Below, one piece after another: positions 8,891 to 18,532 of a stretch of 64,000 bases of DNA (positions within the stretch are counted from its first letter, which is position 1; each line of letters starts with the position of its first letter). Where the stretch lies: assembly GCA_963790305.1 (NCBI GenBank), contig CAWBOC010000005.1:192001-256000 (forward strand), in the 5' to 3' direction. The notes beneath the pieces were generated by a model. The model made no database searches and was not told the DNA's origin. It saw only the letters and a list, made by a program, of their open reading frames with translations. This stretch comes from an uncultured Gemmatimonadaceae bacterium. Lineage in GTDB: Bacteria > Gemmatimonadota > Gemmatimonadetes > Gemmatimonadales > Gemmatimonadaceae. Position numbers and translations under genes: made by a program.

Positions 8891-10569
8891 GGGGTCGCTT
8901 GTGTCGGTGGCCAGCCCTGCCCCCGCAGCACGTGCCCGGGCTTCGCTCCGGTGTGCCGCGCGCGATCAATCACGACGACGCCGTTGACCAGCACCCAGTC
9001 GATCCCGGTCGGAAATTCAGTCGGTCGCTCGTACGTCGCGCGATCGTCGAGCGCGTCGAGATCGAAGATCGTCACATCGGCCCAGGCGCCGACGCGAATC
9101 ACGCCGCGGTCAGCGAGGCGCATTCGAGTCGCGGGCCAGGACGTCATCTTCCGCACCGCCTCCTCGAGCGAAAGCGTCTTCCTCTCCTTCACGTATCGCG
9201 CGATCACGCGAACATGATTGCCGAAGCTGCGCGGGTGCGGCAGTCCGGTCGCATCGGGAACGCCGACCTGCGCGACCGCTCCCGCGTCGCTGCCGATGCT
9301 CGTCCACGGGAAACGGAGAGCGGTCTCGATGTCGCGCTCGCTCATCATATGGTAGATCGCCATGACGCGGCCCTGCCCCTGCGTGACGAGATCCCACGCC
9401 ACGTCCGCCGGATCCCGCTTCGCCTCACGAGCGATCTGGGCGATCGTCTTGGTCTCATGCTTCGCGTTCGCGGGATTGCGCGCGTTGACCAGGACGATGC
9501 CCTCCCATCCGCCGGCTGCCTCGACGATGTTCCACCAGCCTGGAGAGCCGGTCTCGAGCTCGCGCTTGAGCCGCGCCCGTACATCAGGGCGTGCGAGTCG
9601 CGCGCGCAACGAATCCGCGCCGCCCTCGTGCGCCCAGCTCGGGATCGTTGCTTCGAGCCCCGTTCCGCCCGCGGTGTACACGTACATGTCGGCGGCCACA
9701 TCCACCCCTCGCGCGCGCGCCGCCTCGATCACCTGCCGCACCGAATCCATGAGGATTCCCCACCCGGGCCGATACGCGACCTTGAGGTGAAAGACCTCGA
9801 CCGGCATCCCCGCCCGCTCGCCGACCTCGATCGCCTCGCGCACCGCCTGCACGACTTCCTTGCCTTCACCGCGAATGTGGCTCGCGTAGATCCCACCGTA
9901 CTGAGCCGCCGTCTTACCGACTTCCACCAGCTCGTCGGTCGTGGTGTAGCTCGACGGGGGATAGATGAGCGCGGTCGTCATGCCCATTGCGCCGTTGCGC
10001 ATCGCGGTATCCATGATGGCGCGCATGCGCGCCAGCTCGTCCGCCGTGGGCGCCCGTGCCTGCCGCCCCAGCACCGCGACGCGCGTCTGTGTCTGGCTGA
10101 AATACGTGCCGAAGTTGATGCTGATCCCCTGCCGCTCGAGCGTCGCGAAGTATTCCGGAATCCCGGACGCTGGCACCGGCGTACCGCCCTCGCCACCGAT
10201 GGCGGTCGTCACTCCCATGCGAAGCTTGTTCTCGGCCAGCCCGTTCCGCGGCAGCACACTCCCCGACTGATCCATGACGTCGATCCAGCCCGGCGAGACG
10301 TATTTCCCGCGCGCATCGATCTCGGTGCGACCGCGCGCTTCCACCCTGCCGATTTCGGCGAAGCGCCCATTCGCGATCGCCACGTCGGCGAGGATCCAGG
10401 GATTCCCCGCTCCATCCAGCACCCGCCCGTTGCGGATGACGATGTCGTATTCCGTCGCCACGCGCGGCACCGGAACCACGTGTCCCGGAGTCGCCATCGG
10501 AGGCGCGCTCGCGCGCGTCGATGTACACGCCGCCGCCGTTAGGCAGATGAGGATGAGCGACCGCTTCAT
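8887..10569 (-). CDS. N-acyl-D-amino-acid deacylase (D-aminoacylase) family amidohydrolase, lipoprotein
   Basis: Lipobox AAAC; DIVIRNGRVLDG, YASHIRGE, VFHLK, GSDA, HPRSFG, GIDWVLVNG. Confidence 0.9.
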   Translation of the reverse strand: MKRSLILICLTAAACTSTRASAPPMATPGHVVPVPRVATEYDIVIRNGRVLDGAGNPWILADVAIANGRFAEIGRVEARGRTEIDARGKYVSPGWIDVMDQSGSVLPRNGLAENKLRMGVTTAIGGEGGTPVPASGIPEYFATLERQGISINFGTYFSQTQTRVAVLGRQARAPTADELARMRAIMDTAMRNGAMGMTTALIYPPSSYTTTDELVEVGKTAAQYGGIYASHIRGEGKEVVQAVREAIEVGERAGMPVEVFHLKVAYRPGWGILMDSVRQVIEAARARGVDVAADMYVYTAGGTGLEATIPSWAHEGGADSLRARLARPDVRARLKRELETGSPGWWNIVEAAGGWEGIVLVNARNPANAKHETKTIAQIAREAKRDPADVAWDLVTQGQGRVMAIYHMMSERDIETALRFPWTSIGSDAGAVAQVGVPDATGLPHPRSFGNHVRVIARYVKERKTLSLEEAVRKMTSWPATRMRLADRGVIRVGAWADVTIFDLDALDDRATYERPTEFPTGIDWVLVNGVVVIDRARHTGAKPGHVLRGQGWPPTQATP

Positions 10570-11759
10570 GGAGCGACCGGTGCGGTGGTCCAGATGTCGG
10601 TCAGGACACGCCGGAAGTTGCCGCCGAGGATTCCCTCGATCTGGCGGTCGGTATACTTGCGGCGCACCAGTCCCTCGGTGAGGTCGAACATCCGCTTCGG
10701 ATGATCGAGCCCCTCGATGTCGATCTTTTCGCGAAAGCCATAGCTTCCCTTGTAGCTCGCGCGGAGCTGCTTGTTCGCCTCCGCTGGCATGTCGTCGTAG
10801 CCGTCGAGGTCCATGTCGCTCCCGACGCCGACATGCTCCACGCCCACCAGCTTCGCGACGTGATCGAAGTGGTCGAGCGCATGCTCGATCGTCGTCGGCT
10901 CCTCGGCGCGCACGAACATGCGGACCCCGGTGAGGCCCATCACGCCGCCCGATTTCGCCATCGCGCGAATCGCCTCATCGGTCTTCACCCGCGGATGGCC
11001 GGGCACGAGCGCGCGACAATTGGAGTGGGTGATGAGCACCGGTTTCTTCGAGACCTCGAACGCATCGAGCGTCGTCCGATCTCCGCAATGTGAGACGTCC
11101 ACGGCCATGCCGACCGTATTCATCCGCTCGACGATCGCTACCCCGAAGTCGCTCAGGCCTTCGTCGCGGCGCTCCGTCGATCCGTTGCCGATGAGGTTGC
11201 GCCGATTGTAGGTCAGCTGGGCGACTCGCTGGCCGAGGCCGTAGAACGCGTCGACGTCGTCGGGCCGCCGGAAATGCTCCGCGTTTTGCACGCCGAGGAT
11301 CACGCCAATTTTCCCCGACGCCTTGATCCGGGCGAAGTCGGCCGGGCTGTCAATGCGCAGGAGGTATTGGTCGCTGCCGGCGATGAACGAATTCCACCCA
11401 CCGAAGAACTGAAGCCCCTGGTCGTAGGCGTTCGTGCCTCCAATCCCGACCGCCGGGTGGAAGACGGTGATGCCGGAGCGCTTGAACTTCTCGAAGTCCG
11501 CGGCGGTGAACGTCTCGGGCGCCTTCGCCCATTTCGCTTGCAGCGGGAAATCGAGCGTGAACACGGCGAGCATGTCGATGACCAGCGAGCGCTGCATGAG
11601 CGCGATGGTGCGCGCCGAGTAGTCGTCGGTGGAGTGGGCAAACAGGCGGAACCGCCCGCGGTTGAGCATGGGCGCCGCGAGGGCGGCCCCTGCTGCGACC
11701 GCGGCGCTCCGAAGGAGCTCACGTCTCGAAAGCATGTGTGGGTCGTGAGGAGATTTCAC
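10566..11759 (-). CDS. M19 membrane dipeptidase with Tat signal peptide
   Basis: SRRELL twin-arginine signal; QLTYN, VDVSHC, ITHSN, HVGVGSDMD, ILGGNF. Confidence 0.9.
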   Translation of the reverse strand: MKSPHDPHMLSRRELLRSAAVAAGAALAAPMLNRGRFRLFAHSTDDYSARTIALMQRSLVIDMLAVFTLDFPLQAKWAKAPETFTAADFEKFKRSGITVFHPAVGIGGTNAYDQGLQFFGGWNSFIAGSDQYLLRIDSPADFARIKASGKIGVILGVQNAEHFRRPDDVDAFYGLGQRVAQLTYNRRNLIGNGSTERRDEGLSDFGVAIVERMNTVGMAVDVSHCGDRTTLDAFEVSKKPVLITHSNCRALVPGHPRVKTDEAIRAMAKSGGVMGLTGVRMFVRAEEPTTIEHALDHFDHVAKLVGVEHVGVGSDMDLDGYDDMPAEANKQLRASYKGSYGFREKIDIEGLDHPKRMFDLTEGLVRRKYTDRQIEGILGGNFRRVLTDIWTTAPVAP

Positions 11760-11804
11760 GGCAAGCTAGTTAGGAGATCTGGACGATGAGGTGCCCATAG
11801 GAGA

Positions 11805-11964
11805 CGACAACGGCAACGGCAACGGCTTTTCAACGCAGAGGGGGCAGAGGACGCAGAGGCAACCCCAACTGCCAAAGCCTTTTCAAAAGCACTTGCAGTT
11901 GAAGTTCCTCTGCGTCCTCTGCGTCCTCTGCGTTAAAAAGGCCGTTGCCATTGCCGTTGCAGTT
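11805..11964. repeat. About 160-bp intergenic palindrome of (CAACGG)n and (ACGCAGAGG)n arms, copy 1
   Basis: Left arm CAACGGCAACGGCAACGGCTTTTCAACGCAGAGGGGGCAGAGGACGCAGAGG pairs with right arm CCTCTGCGTCCTCTGCGTCCTCTGCGTTAAAAAGGCCGTTGCCATTGCCGTTG; the inner part is also self-complementary. Confidence 0.9.
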
Positions 11965-12012
11965 CTAGTTCTCCGGCATTGTGCGGTCATCTGCGGCTCC
12001 CGACTCAAGAAG

Positions 12013-13539
12013 TCATCGTGGCGCTGCTGCACGCGTGAACGTGATCCCGAACGCGCGCACCGAGGTCACACCTCCCGTGCCGTCCGGCGCGAAGACGACA
12101 AGAGAGGGGTCCATCCGCACGTCGTCCCATTTGGCCTGGAACGTGTCGTAGTGCCAATGCGTCAACGTGCCGATGCGACCGCGTCCGAACGCGAAGTGCA
12201 GCGCATCGTTCCGAACGCTGACCACTGCGTTGCCATAGGTCTGGTTGGTATATGTCCCCGCGTAGCGGTCGAGCGGCACACTCGGCCGCGTATCGGCGAC
12301 GCGGCGCTGGATCTGATCCCGCCGGGCCGAGTCCGCCTGCCGCTCCAGCCCGGAGTAGAGGGCGAGTAGCTCCTTGCTCCAGTCGCGGGGTGCGTTGCCG
12401 CTGTACATGTCGAACACGCGATACATGAGCGCGTGTCGAAGCTCCGCGTGGTCGAGGTTCGCGAGCACGTACACGCCCAGCCGCCGGTCGGGGATGAGTC
12501 CGATGAGTGCGCTCATGCCATCGATGCTTCCGGTGTGCATCGCCACCGCCTGACCCTGATAGTCGTGGAGAAACCACCCGAGCCCATAGGTGAAGAAATG
12601 CGGGCGCACGAGCGGCATCGTCGAGTACATCTCGCGCGGCGCGACGACCTGGGGCGACAGGAGCTCGCGGAACGTTGCTTCGCTCAGCAGTCGTTTTCCG
12701 CCGACGCGACCGCTGTCGAGGATGAACCGAGCCCACTTCGCCATGTCGCCGACGCTCGACCAGACTGAGCCAGCCGGTCCGACCGCATCGACCGGACGGT
12801 TCGTGATCGGGCGGATCGTGTCGGCAATTTCTCCGTGCGGCGTAGCGATGTTGGATTGGCCATCGAGCGCAGCGAGCGTTGCCTCGGTCGCCTTCATCCC
12901 CAGTGGCTCGAAGATTCGCGTGCGGAGGAATTGGGCCCACGGCATTCCCGATGCCGCGGCAATGACGTCTCCCGCCACGGCATACATGATGTTCTGGTAA
13001 ACAAACCGCGAGCGGAGCGAGTACGCGGGAGCGAGCGTCGCGACGCGGCGCATGATCTCCTCCGCCGGGTAGCCAGCGCTGGCCCACAGCTGATCGGCGT
13101 TGCCGAGCCCACCCCGGTGGGTCAGGAGATCACGAACCGTCAGCTCGCGCGTGACGTACGGATCGCCGACACGGAACCCGGGAAGGTATGTGATGACCGG
13201 CTCGTCCCACCGCACCTTCTTCTCATCGACCAGCATGCCTAACGCAACAGCCGTCATCGCCTTCGTCGTCGAGCCGATGGCGAACCGTGTCCCGGCGTCG
13301 ACCGCGGCGGGTTTCCCGAGCTCGCGAACACCGTAGCCCTTGGCGAAGACGACGCTGTCATCCTTGACGACCGCGATCGCAAGTCCCGGAATCCGCCACT
13401 CGGCGACTGCGCGGGTGATGTAGGCGTCGAGACCGTTCAGGGCTACCGGCGGGCCGGCGCGCTGCGCATTGGCGGACGCTGCGGCGACGATGAGGGGAAC
13501 TGCGGCGAGAACGCGCGCGAGTGGTGGCATTGGTCGCAC
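12013..13539 (-). CDS. Secreted serine hydrolase (beta-lactamase/PBP family) with DUF3471-like C-terminus
   Basis: Signal peptide; SxxK (GSTTK), YQN, HTG; C-terminal YAGTY...YG. Confidence 0.92.
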   Translation of the reverse strand: MRPMPPLARVLAAVPLIVAAASANAQRAGPPVALNGLDAYITRAVAEWRIPGLAIAVVKDDSVVFAKGYGVRELGKPAAVDAGTRFAIGSTTKAMTAVALGMLVDEKKVRWDEPVITYLPGFRVGDPYVTRELTVRDLLTHRGGLGNADQLWASAGYPAEEIMRRVATLAPAYSLRSRFVYQNIMYAVAGDVIAAASGMPWAQFLRTRIFEPLGMKATEATLAALDGQSNIATPHGEIADTIRPITNRPVDAVGPAGSVWSSVGDMAKWARFILDSGRVGGKRLLSEATFRELLSPQVVAPREMYSTMPLVRPHFFTYGLGWFLHDYQGQAVAMHTGSIDGMSALIGLIPDRRLGVYVLANLDHAELRHALMYRVFDMYSGNAPRDWSKELLALYSGLERQADSARRDQIQRRVADTRPSVPLDRYAGTYTNQTYGNAVVSVRNDALHFAFGRGRIGTLTHWHYDTFQAKWDDVRMDPSLVVFAPDGTGGVTSVRAFGITFTRAAAPR

Positions 13540-14586
13540 CTACTTGAGCTTGGCCACGAGCCAGTCGACCGTCACCCCGATCACCTCCGGCTCGACGCTG
13601 TTTCGCACCAGACGCGAATACCCGCGGGGGAAGCCGACGGGATCGTAGACGAAGAGATGGTTGAGATCCGGGAATACGCGGAAGGTCACGTCAGTCATGC
13701 CACCGGATTTGATCGCCGCCGCGAGCTCGGCCGTCTGTTCCGGCGTGACCTGTTGGTCGGTGGCGCCGTTGAGCAACAGCGTCGGCGTCTTCACCTGCCG
13801 CGCGACGGCGAGCACGTCGTGATCGAGAAAGAACTTCATCCACGCATTGGACGCTCGCAGCGAGTCGATGCGCGCGGGGATTCTCCCGAGCGCCGAATCC
13901 AGCTTCGTCCCTTTGAGGGACGTGTCGCCGCGAGCCAGGTTGGCCAACTGATACTCGAGAATCCTTCGCCCGCCCCATGACGGCCCCGCCAGCAAGGCCA
14001 TCGCGCGCAGCTGCGGCTCTTTGACGGCGACCAGAGGACCGATCAATCCGCCCTCGCTGTGGCCGAGGATTCCCAGCCGGCTCGCATCGATCTCCGGTCG
14101 CGTGCGCAGGTAGGCGAGCCCGGCGCGAATGTCCTCGGCGAAGTCGGCCGACGTTGCCGTCGAGTGATTTCCTTTGGAGGCGCCGGTTCCACGATCATCC
14201 ATACGCAGCACGGCGATGCCGCGCCGTCCCAACGAGTCGGCGAACTGCCGGAAGGGGCGATACCCTGGCAGCGGCGTGAGCGTCTCATCCCGATCCTGCG
14301 GCCCAGACCCCGTCATGGTGACGACTGCCGCCACCTTGGCCGTCGCGCTTGCGCTGTTAGGCAGCGTCAACGTTCCGGCCAGCGTGTGCCCCATGGGCGT
14401 GGGGATGGTGACGTCGTGCGCCGTATAGGGCGCGCCCAGCGGGGCGGAATAATCCTTTGGCGGCGTGCGACGCGCCGTGTCCGGTCGCGACGCGGTTCGT
14501 GCCGTGTCGGCGGCCGGCCGACCCTGTGCCGGCAGTGCACTCGCCATCAGGATCGAGCCAACGAAGACAGTGGCTACACCGCGCAT
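13540..14586 (-). CDS. Secreted alpha/beta-fold hydrolase (serine aminopeptidase S33-like)
   Basis: LAGTLTLP, GSGPQDRDE, DDRGTG, GHSEGG nucleophile elbow, D.QV, LNHLF. Confidence 0.9.
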   Translation of the reverse strand: MRGVATVFVGSILMASALPAQGRPAADTARTASRPDTARRTPPKDYSAPLGAPYTAHDVTIPTPMGHTLAGTLTLPNSASATAKVAAVVTMTGSGPQDRDETLTPLPGYRPFRQFADSLGRRGIAVLRMDDRGTGASKGNHSTATSADFAEDIRAGLAYLRTRPEIDASRLGILGHSEGGLIGPLVAVKEPQLRAMALLAGPSWGGRRILEYQLANLARGDTSLKGTKLDSALGRIPARIDSLRASNAWMKFFLDHDVLAVARQVKTPTLLLNGATDQQVTPEQTAELAAAIKSGGMTDVTFRVFPDLNHLFVYDPVGFPRGYSRLVRNSVEPEVIGVTVDWLVAKLK

Positions 14587-14620
14587 GACGAATCTCCGAA
14601 GTCCGTTGTGGTGAAAACGC

Positions 14621-15355
14621 CTACCAGCTGCCGCGCTCGCCCAACGCTCCGATCACCTTCGACAAGCGCAGCGCGGCGTTGCTCCAGTTCGTGTCGACCG
14701 CCTGACGAGCCGCGACCGGATCGCCATCGGCAATGTGCCGAATGATCACGTCGTGCTCCTCGACCGAGGTCGTGATCTCGTCGACCAGGCTGCTGATGTA
14801 GAGGCGGATGTATCGCTCCGCTTGCGGCTTGGTGGCGTCGTGCAGAGCGACGAGCCGCGGTCCCGCCCCGCTCTCCACGTACGTCCGATGAAAGGCGGTG
14901 TCGAGATCGAAGATGCGCAGCGGATCGGGACGCGCCTCGCGCGCCGCCTGGGCAAGGTCGCGGTTGAGCGCTTTCAGTCGCTTGACCACAGCGGCACGTT
15001 TGTCGGACGGAAGCTCCGCCGCCGACCGGGCCGCGAGCCCTTCCAGCTGCCCGACGATGTGAAAGAGCTCGCGCGCGTCGTCCTGCGTGAGCGGCGCGAC
15101 GATGAGGCGACGCTCCTTTCCGCGGTTGAGCGCGATGACGTAGCCCTCTTGCTGGAGGCGATGCAGCGCGCTTCGCGTTGGCGTGCGGCTGATGCCGAGG
15201 CGATCGGCGATCTCGCTCTCCACGATCCAGTTCCCGGGGGAGAGACGTCCCCAGACGATGAGCTCGCGCACCTGATCGTACGCGCGCGCAACGCTCTCGC
15301 CCCGTCCGGACGTCGCCTCGCTCGCAACCGCGGCTTCGTCTCGCACGGCGCTCAT
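14621..15355 (-). CDS. GntR-family transcriptional regulator (FCD domain)
   Basis: ATG at 15355 overlaps the CocE stop (ATGA). wHTH AYDQVRELIV..LGISRTPTRSAL; FCD DTAFH, EEHDVI. Confidence 0.9.
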   Translation of the reverse strand: MSAVRDEAAVASEATSGRGESVARAYDQVRELIVWGRLSPGNWIVESEIADRLGISRTPTRSALHRLQQEGYVIALNRGKERRLIVAPLTQDDARELFHIVGQLEGLAARSAAELPSDKRAAVVKRLKALNRDLAQAAREARPDPLRIFDLDTAFHRTYVESGAGPRLVALHDATKPQAERYIRLYISSLVDEITTSVEEHDVIIRHIADGDPVAARQAVDTNWSNAALRLSKVIGALGERGSW

Positions 15356-17254
15356 GGCACCATTTCTCGAGCCGGCTCGAGCACATGCACTACGAGATGC
15401 GACGACGCGGCTCCCGTCGAGCGGTGGATGCGCTGCGTCGTCCGACGGTACTGGCCCGGCCGGGCGTGATAGATGTTGGTGAACACGCCCGGATTGCGAT
15501 CGATGACCGGGAACCAGCTGCTCTGCACCTGCACCATGATCCGGTGCCCTTTCTTGAACGTGTGGTACCGGTCGCGCAGCTCGAACGACACCTTCGTCGC
15601 CTGCCCCGGCACCAGGGGCACCGGCTTCTCGTAGCTCTGCCGATACTTCGCGCGGAACACCTCGCCAGCGAGCAGCATCTGAAAGTGTCCCATCTCTGAT
15701 GCCCGCGGGGTTCGGCTCGTTGTTCGGCGTGTCCCCGGGGAGGACATCAATGAGCTTGACCACCCAGTCCGCGTCGGTGCCGCTGGTCGACGCCTGCAGG
15801 CTGGCGACGATCGGTCCGGCGATCGTCACGTCCTCCGTCAGCGGCTCGGTCTCGTAGACCATGACATCCGGCCGCGCCGCCGCGAAGCGTTGATCCTCGA
15901 TCATCCACAGGTGCCCTTGTGTGGTGCGCACCTCGCTCGAGAAGGGAACGGGCTTGTTCGGGTCGTGCACGTATTCGTCGACACCCGGAGACTGCGGCGG
16001 ATCGAAGGAGAGCTTGCCGTTCGCATGGAAGTACAGTCTGCGCGGCGACGTCGTCTTCGGTGGCCACGTGTCATACGTCCGCCACACGTTGCTCCCCGTC
16101 TCGAACACGGTCGCCTCGGCGAGCGTCTTCGCGCACGCGTCTTTCAGGTGGCATTGGAAGAACGGGAACTGAATCTCGGTCTGGAAATGCCGGCTCGTCG
16201 GAGAGCCGAACTTGATGTTCCCGAGCTGATCGCCGGGCATGCTGTTCCAGCCCCCATGAAGCCATGGGCCGACCGCGAGAATGCTGCGATTCTTCGGATG
16301 CAGCTTCTCCAGCGTGTAGTAGATGCTCACTGGACCGTAGAAGTCCTCTGCATCGAACCACCCTGCGACGTTGAGAATCGGCAGATCGGCCGGAACGGTC
16401 CCGAGATCCTTGAGGACGTTCTGCGCCTTCCAGTACTCGTCGTAGTCGGGATGGCGCATGAAGTCGTTCCACGCCGGCACCTGGCCCTGGAAGTACAGCG
16501 AGTCGATGCGCGCCGGTGCCCCCGCGTCCATGAAGAACCGATATCCGTCCGGCGTCCCGTAGCCGAACCCGGTGCCGCCCGTCGTCGTCTGACCGGCGCG
16601 GGTGCGCGCGTTCCCCGCCAGCCAGCTGAACGCGTACATGAGACGGAAGGCGCCGTTGTGGTGGAAGTCGTCGCCGATGAACATGTCGGACGGCGATGCT
16701 TGCGGCGATGCGGCCTTGAGCGCGGGGTGCGCGTTCATCATGCCCATGACCGTCTGCCAGCCGGGGTATGAGACGCCCCACATGCCGACGCGCCCGTTGT
16801 TCCGCGGAATGGCTTTCAGTAGCCAGTCGATCGCATCGTAGGTGTCGCTACTCTCGTCGACGTCCTTCGGTGTGCGCTTCGTCGCCTTGAAGGGCCGCAT
16901 TACCTCGAACTCGCCTTCGGACCGGAATTTTCCGCGGACGTCCTGGAAGACGAAGATGTAGCCTTCCCGATCGAACTCCTGCGACGGACCAAGGACGCGG
17001 CGGAACTGGTCCGGCTCGTACGGGCGGATGGAGTAGGGGGTGCGGACGAGGAGGATCGGGTAGGTGCGCGTCGTATCGCGCGGCTCGTAGACGATCGTGA
17101 ACAGTCGCACGCCGTCGCGCATCGGGACCATGTGATCCCGCTTGAGGTAATGCTGTTTCGCGTCGAACGCGGTATCCTGAGCGGCGATCGCGCTCGCAGC
17201 GAGAAGGAGGGACGCGGTGGAAACCGAGCGCCGGACGAGAGTGCTCCCGAGCAT
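15352..17254 (-). CDS. CocE/NonD-family hydrolase (peptidase S15/amino acid ester hydrolase-like); frameshift near 15695
   Basis: MVPMRDGVRL, RTPY, QDVRG, GVSYPG, GWFDAED, GPWLHG. The C-terminus continues in another frame (HTFKKGHRIMVQVQSSWFP..DRNP). Confidence 0.9.
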
Positions 17255-17355
17255 AGGCGAGGCCCGTTGAGGTTCCTGAGGAGTCGGTGCTGCCGCGTCG
17301 TCTTGCGCGCTGGTGCGTCCGCCAACATACTATCCGGCGCATACAGTATCCAGCC

Positions 17356-18510
17356 TTGTACACACTAATACGCGCAATTTTCCGTTGCCCTGCGGTCGCG
17401 GCCCTCGCGCTGGTGCTTCCGCGCTGGGTCGAGGCGCAGGCACAGCTGCCGCCGTTCGTCGAGATGCGCGTCGCGAAAGCGCCGGCGGTCGTGACGGGCA
17501 GGGGAACGGGGATGCTCGTGCACGAGCTGCACGTCACCAACTTTCAGCCGACGGCCTTCACGGTCACTCGTCTGGAAGTCCTCAGTGGCGAAGCGGATGG
17601 CCGCGTTCTGCTCGCGCTCGAGGACAGCACCCTTGCCCGCGCTCTCTCGCGACCGGGCATCACGCCACCGCCCCCGCTGCTGGAGCGCGCGCGGCTGAAT
17701 GGGGGACTGCGAGCGGTCGTGTTTCTGTGGGTACCGCTCGATACGCGCGGAGCGCCGGGCAGCCTGCGTCATCGCGTGACGATCTCACAGGGATCCGGCG
17801 ACAGCGTCCGCACGCACGTGATCGAGGGCGGGCGAACGCCCGTGGTCCGCGACGCCGTGGTGATCGGACCTCCGCTACGTGGAACAGGATGGCTCACCGC
17901 CAACGGGCCCGACGCGCAAACCGGACATCGGCGTGCGATCGTCCCGGTCGAAGGCACGGCGGCGATCGCGCAGCGCTTCGCGATCGACTACGTGAAGATG
18001 GACACGAACGGCCGCCGGTTCACCGGCGACTCACTCAAGAACGAGAGCTACTACGCCCACGGCACGGACGCGATCGCCGTGGCGGATGGGATCGTCGCCG
18101 CCGTGAAGGACAGCATCCCCGAGAACATTCCCGGACCTGCGTCGCGCGCGGTTCCGATCACGCTCGAGACCGTGGGCGGGAACTTCGTCATCCTCGACAT
18201 CGGCCAGGGACGCTACGCGTTCTATGCGCACCTGAGGCCGGGCTCTCTGCGCGTGCGCGTCGGCGAGCGCGTCCGCAAAGGTCAGGTTCTCGGGCTGGTG
18301 GGCAACTCCGGGAACTCCACCGAGCCGCATCTGCACTTCCACGTCATGGATGGAACCTCACCCCTCGGGTCGGAGGGAATTCCGTACGCTCACGAGCGGT
18401 TCGATCTCCTGGGGACGTGTCGTCGGATATTCACCGAGTGCGCACGCTCACCGGCTGAGCCGCGGCGGGGGGAGATTCCGTTGGCCAACATGGTGATAGC
18501 CTTCCCTTAG
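17356..18510 (+). CDS. M23-family metallopeptidase (start uncertain; TTG at 17356 used)
   Basis: QRFAID, GNFVILD, YAHL, GNSGNSTEPHLHF; signal-peptide-like N-terminus. Confidence 0.85.
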   Translation: MYTLIRAIFRCPAVAALALVLPRWVEAQAQLPPFVEMRVAKAPAVVTGRGTGMLVHELHVTNFQPTAFTVTRLEVLSGEADGRVLLALEDSTLARALSRPGITPPPPLLERARLNGGLRAVVFLWVPLDTRGAPGSLRHRVTISQGSGDSVRTHVIEGGRTPVVRDAVVIGPPLRGTGWLTANGPDAQTGHRRAIVPVEGTAAIAQRFAIDYVKMDTNGRRFTGDSLKNESYYAHGTDAIAVADGIVAAVKDSIPENIPGPASRAVPITLETVGGNFVILDIGQGRYAFYAHLRPGSLRVRVGERVRKGQVLGLVGNSGNSTEPHLHFHVMDGTSPLGSEGIPYAHERFDLLGTCRRIFTECARSPAEPRRGEIPLANMVIAFP

Positions 18511-18532
18511 TCGACGCGCTTCGCCCTGCATC

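Noticed and set aside
11791..12369. ORF with TQRGQRTQR/LCVLCVLCV repeats
   Set aside because: Translation of the palindromic DNA repeat plus antisense of the serine hydrolase gene.
14621..17254. 877-aa CocE-GntR fusion in the ORF track
   Set aside because: Created by an indel near 15695. The true CocE C-terminus is in another frame and ends at 15352, overlapping a separate GntR ATG.
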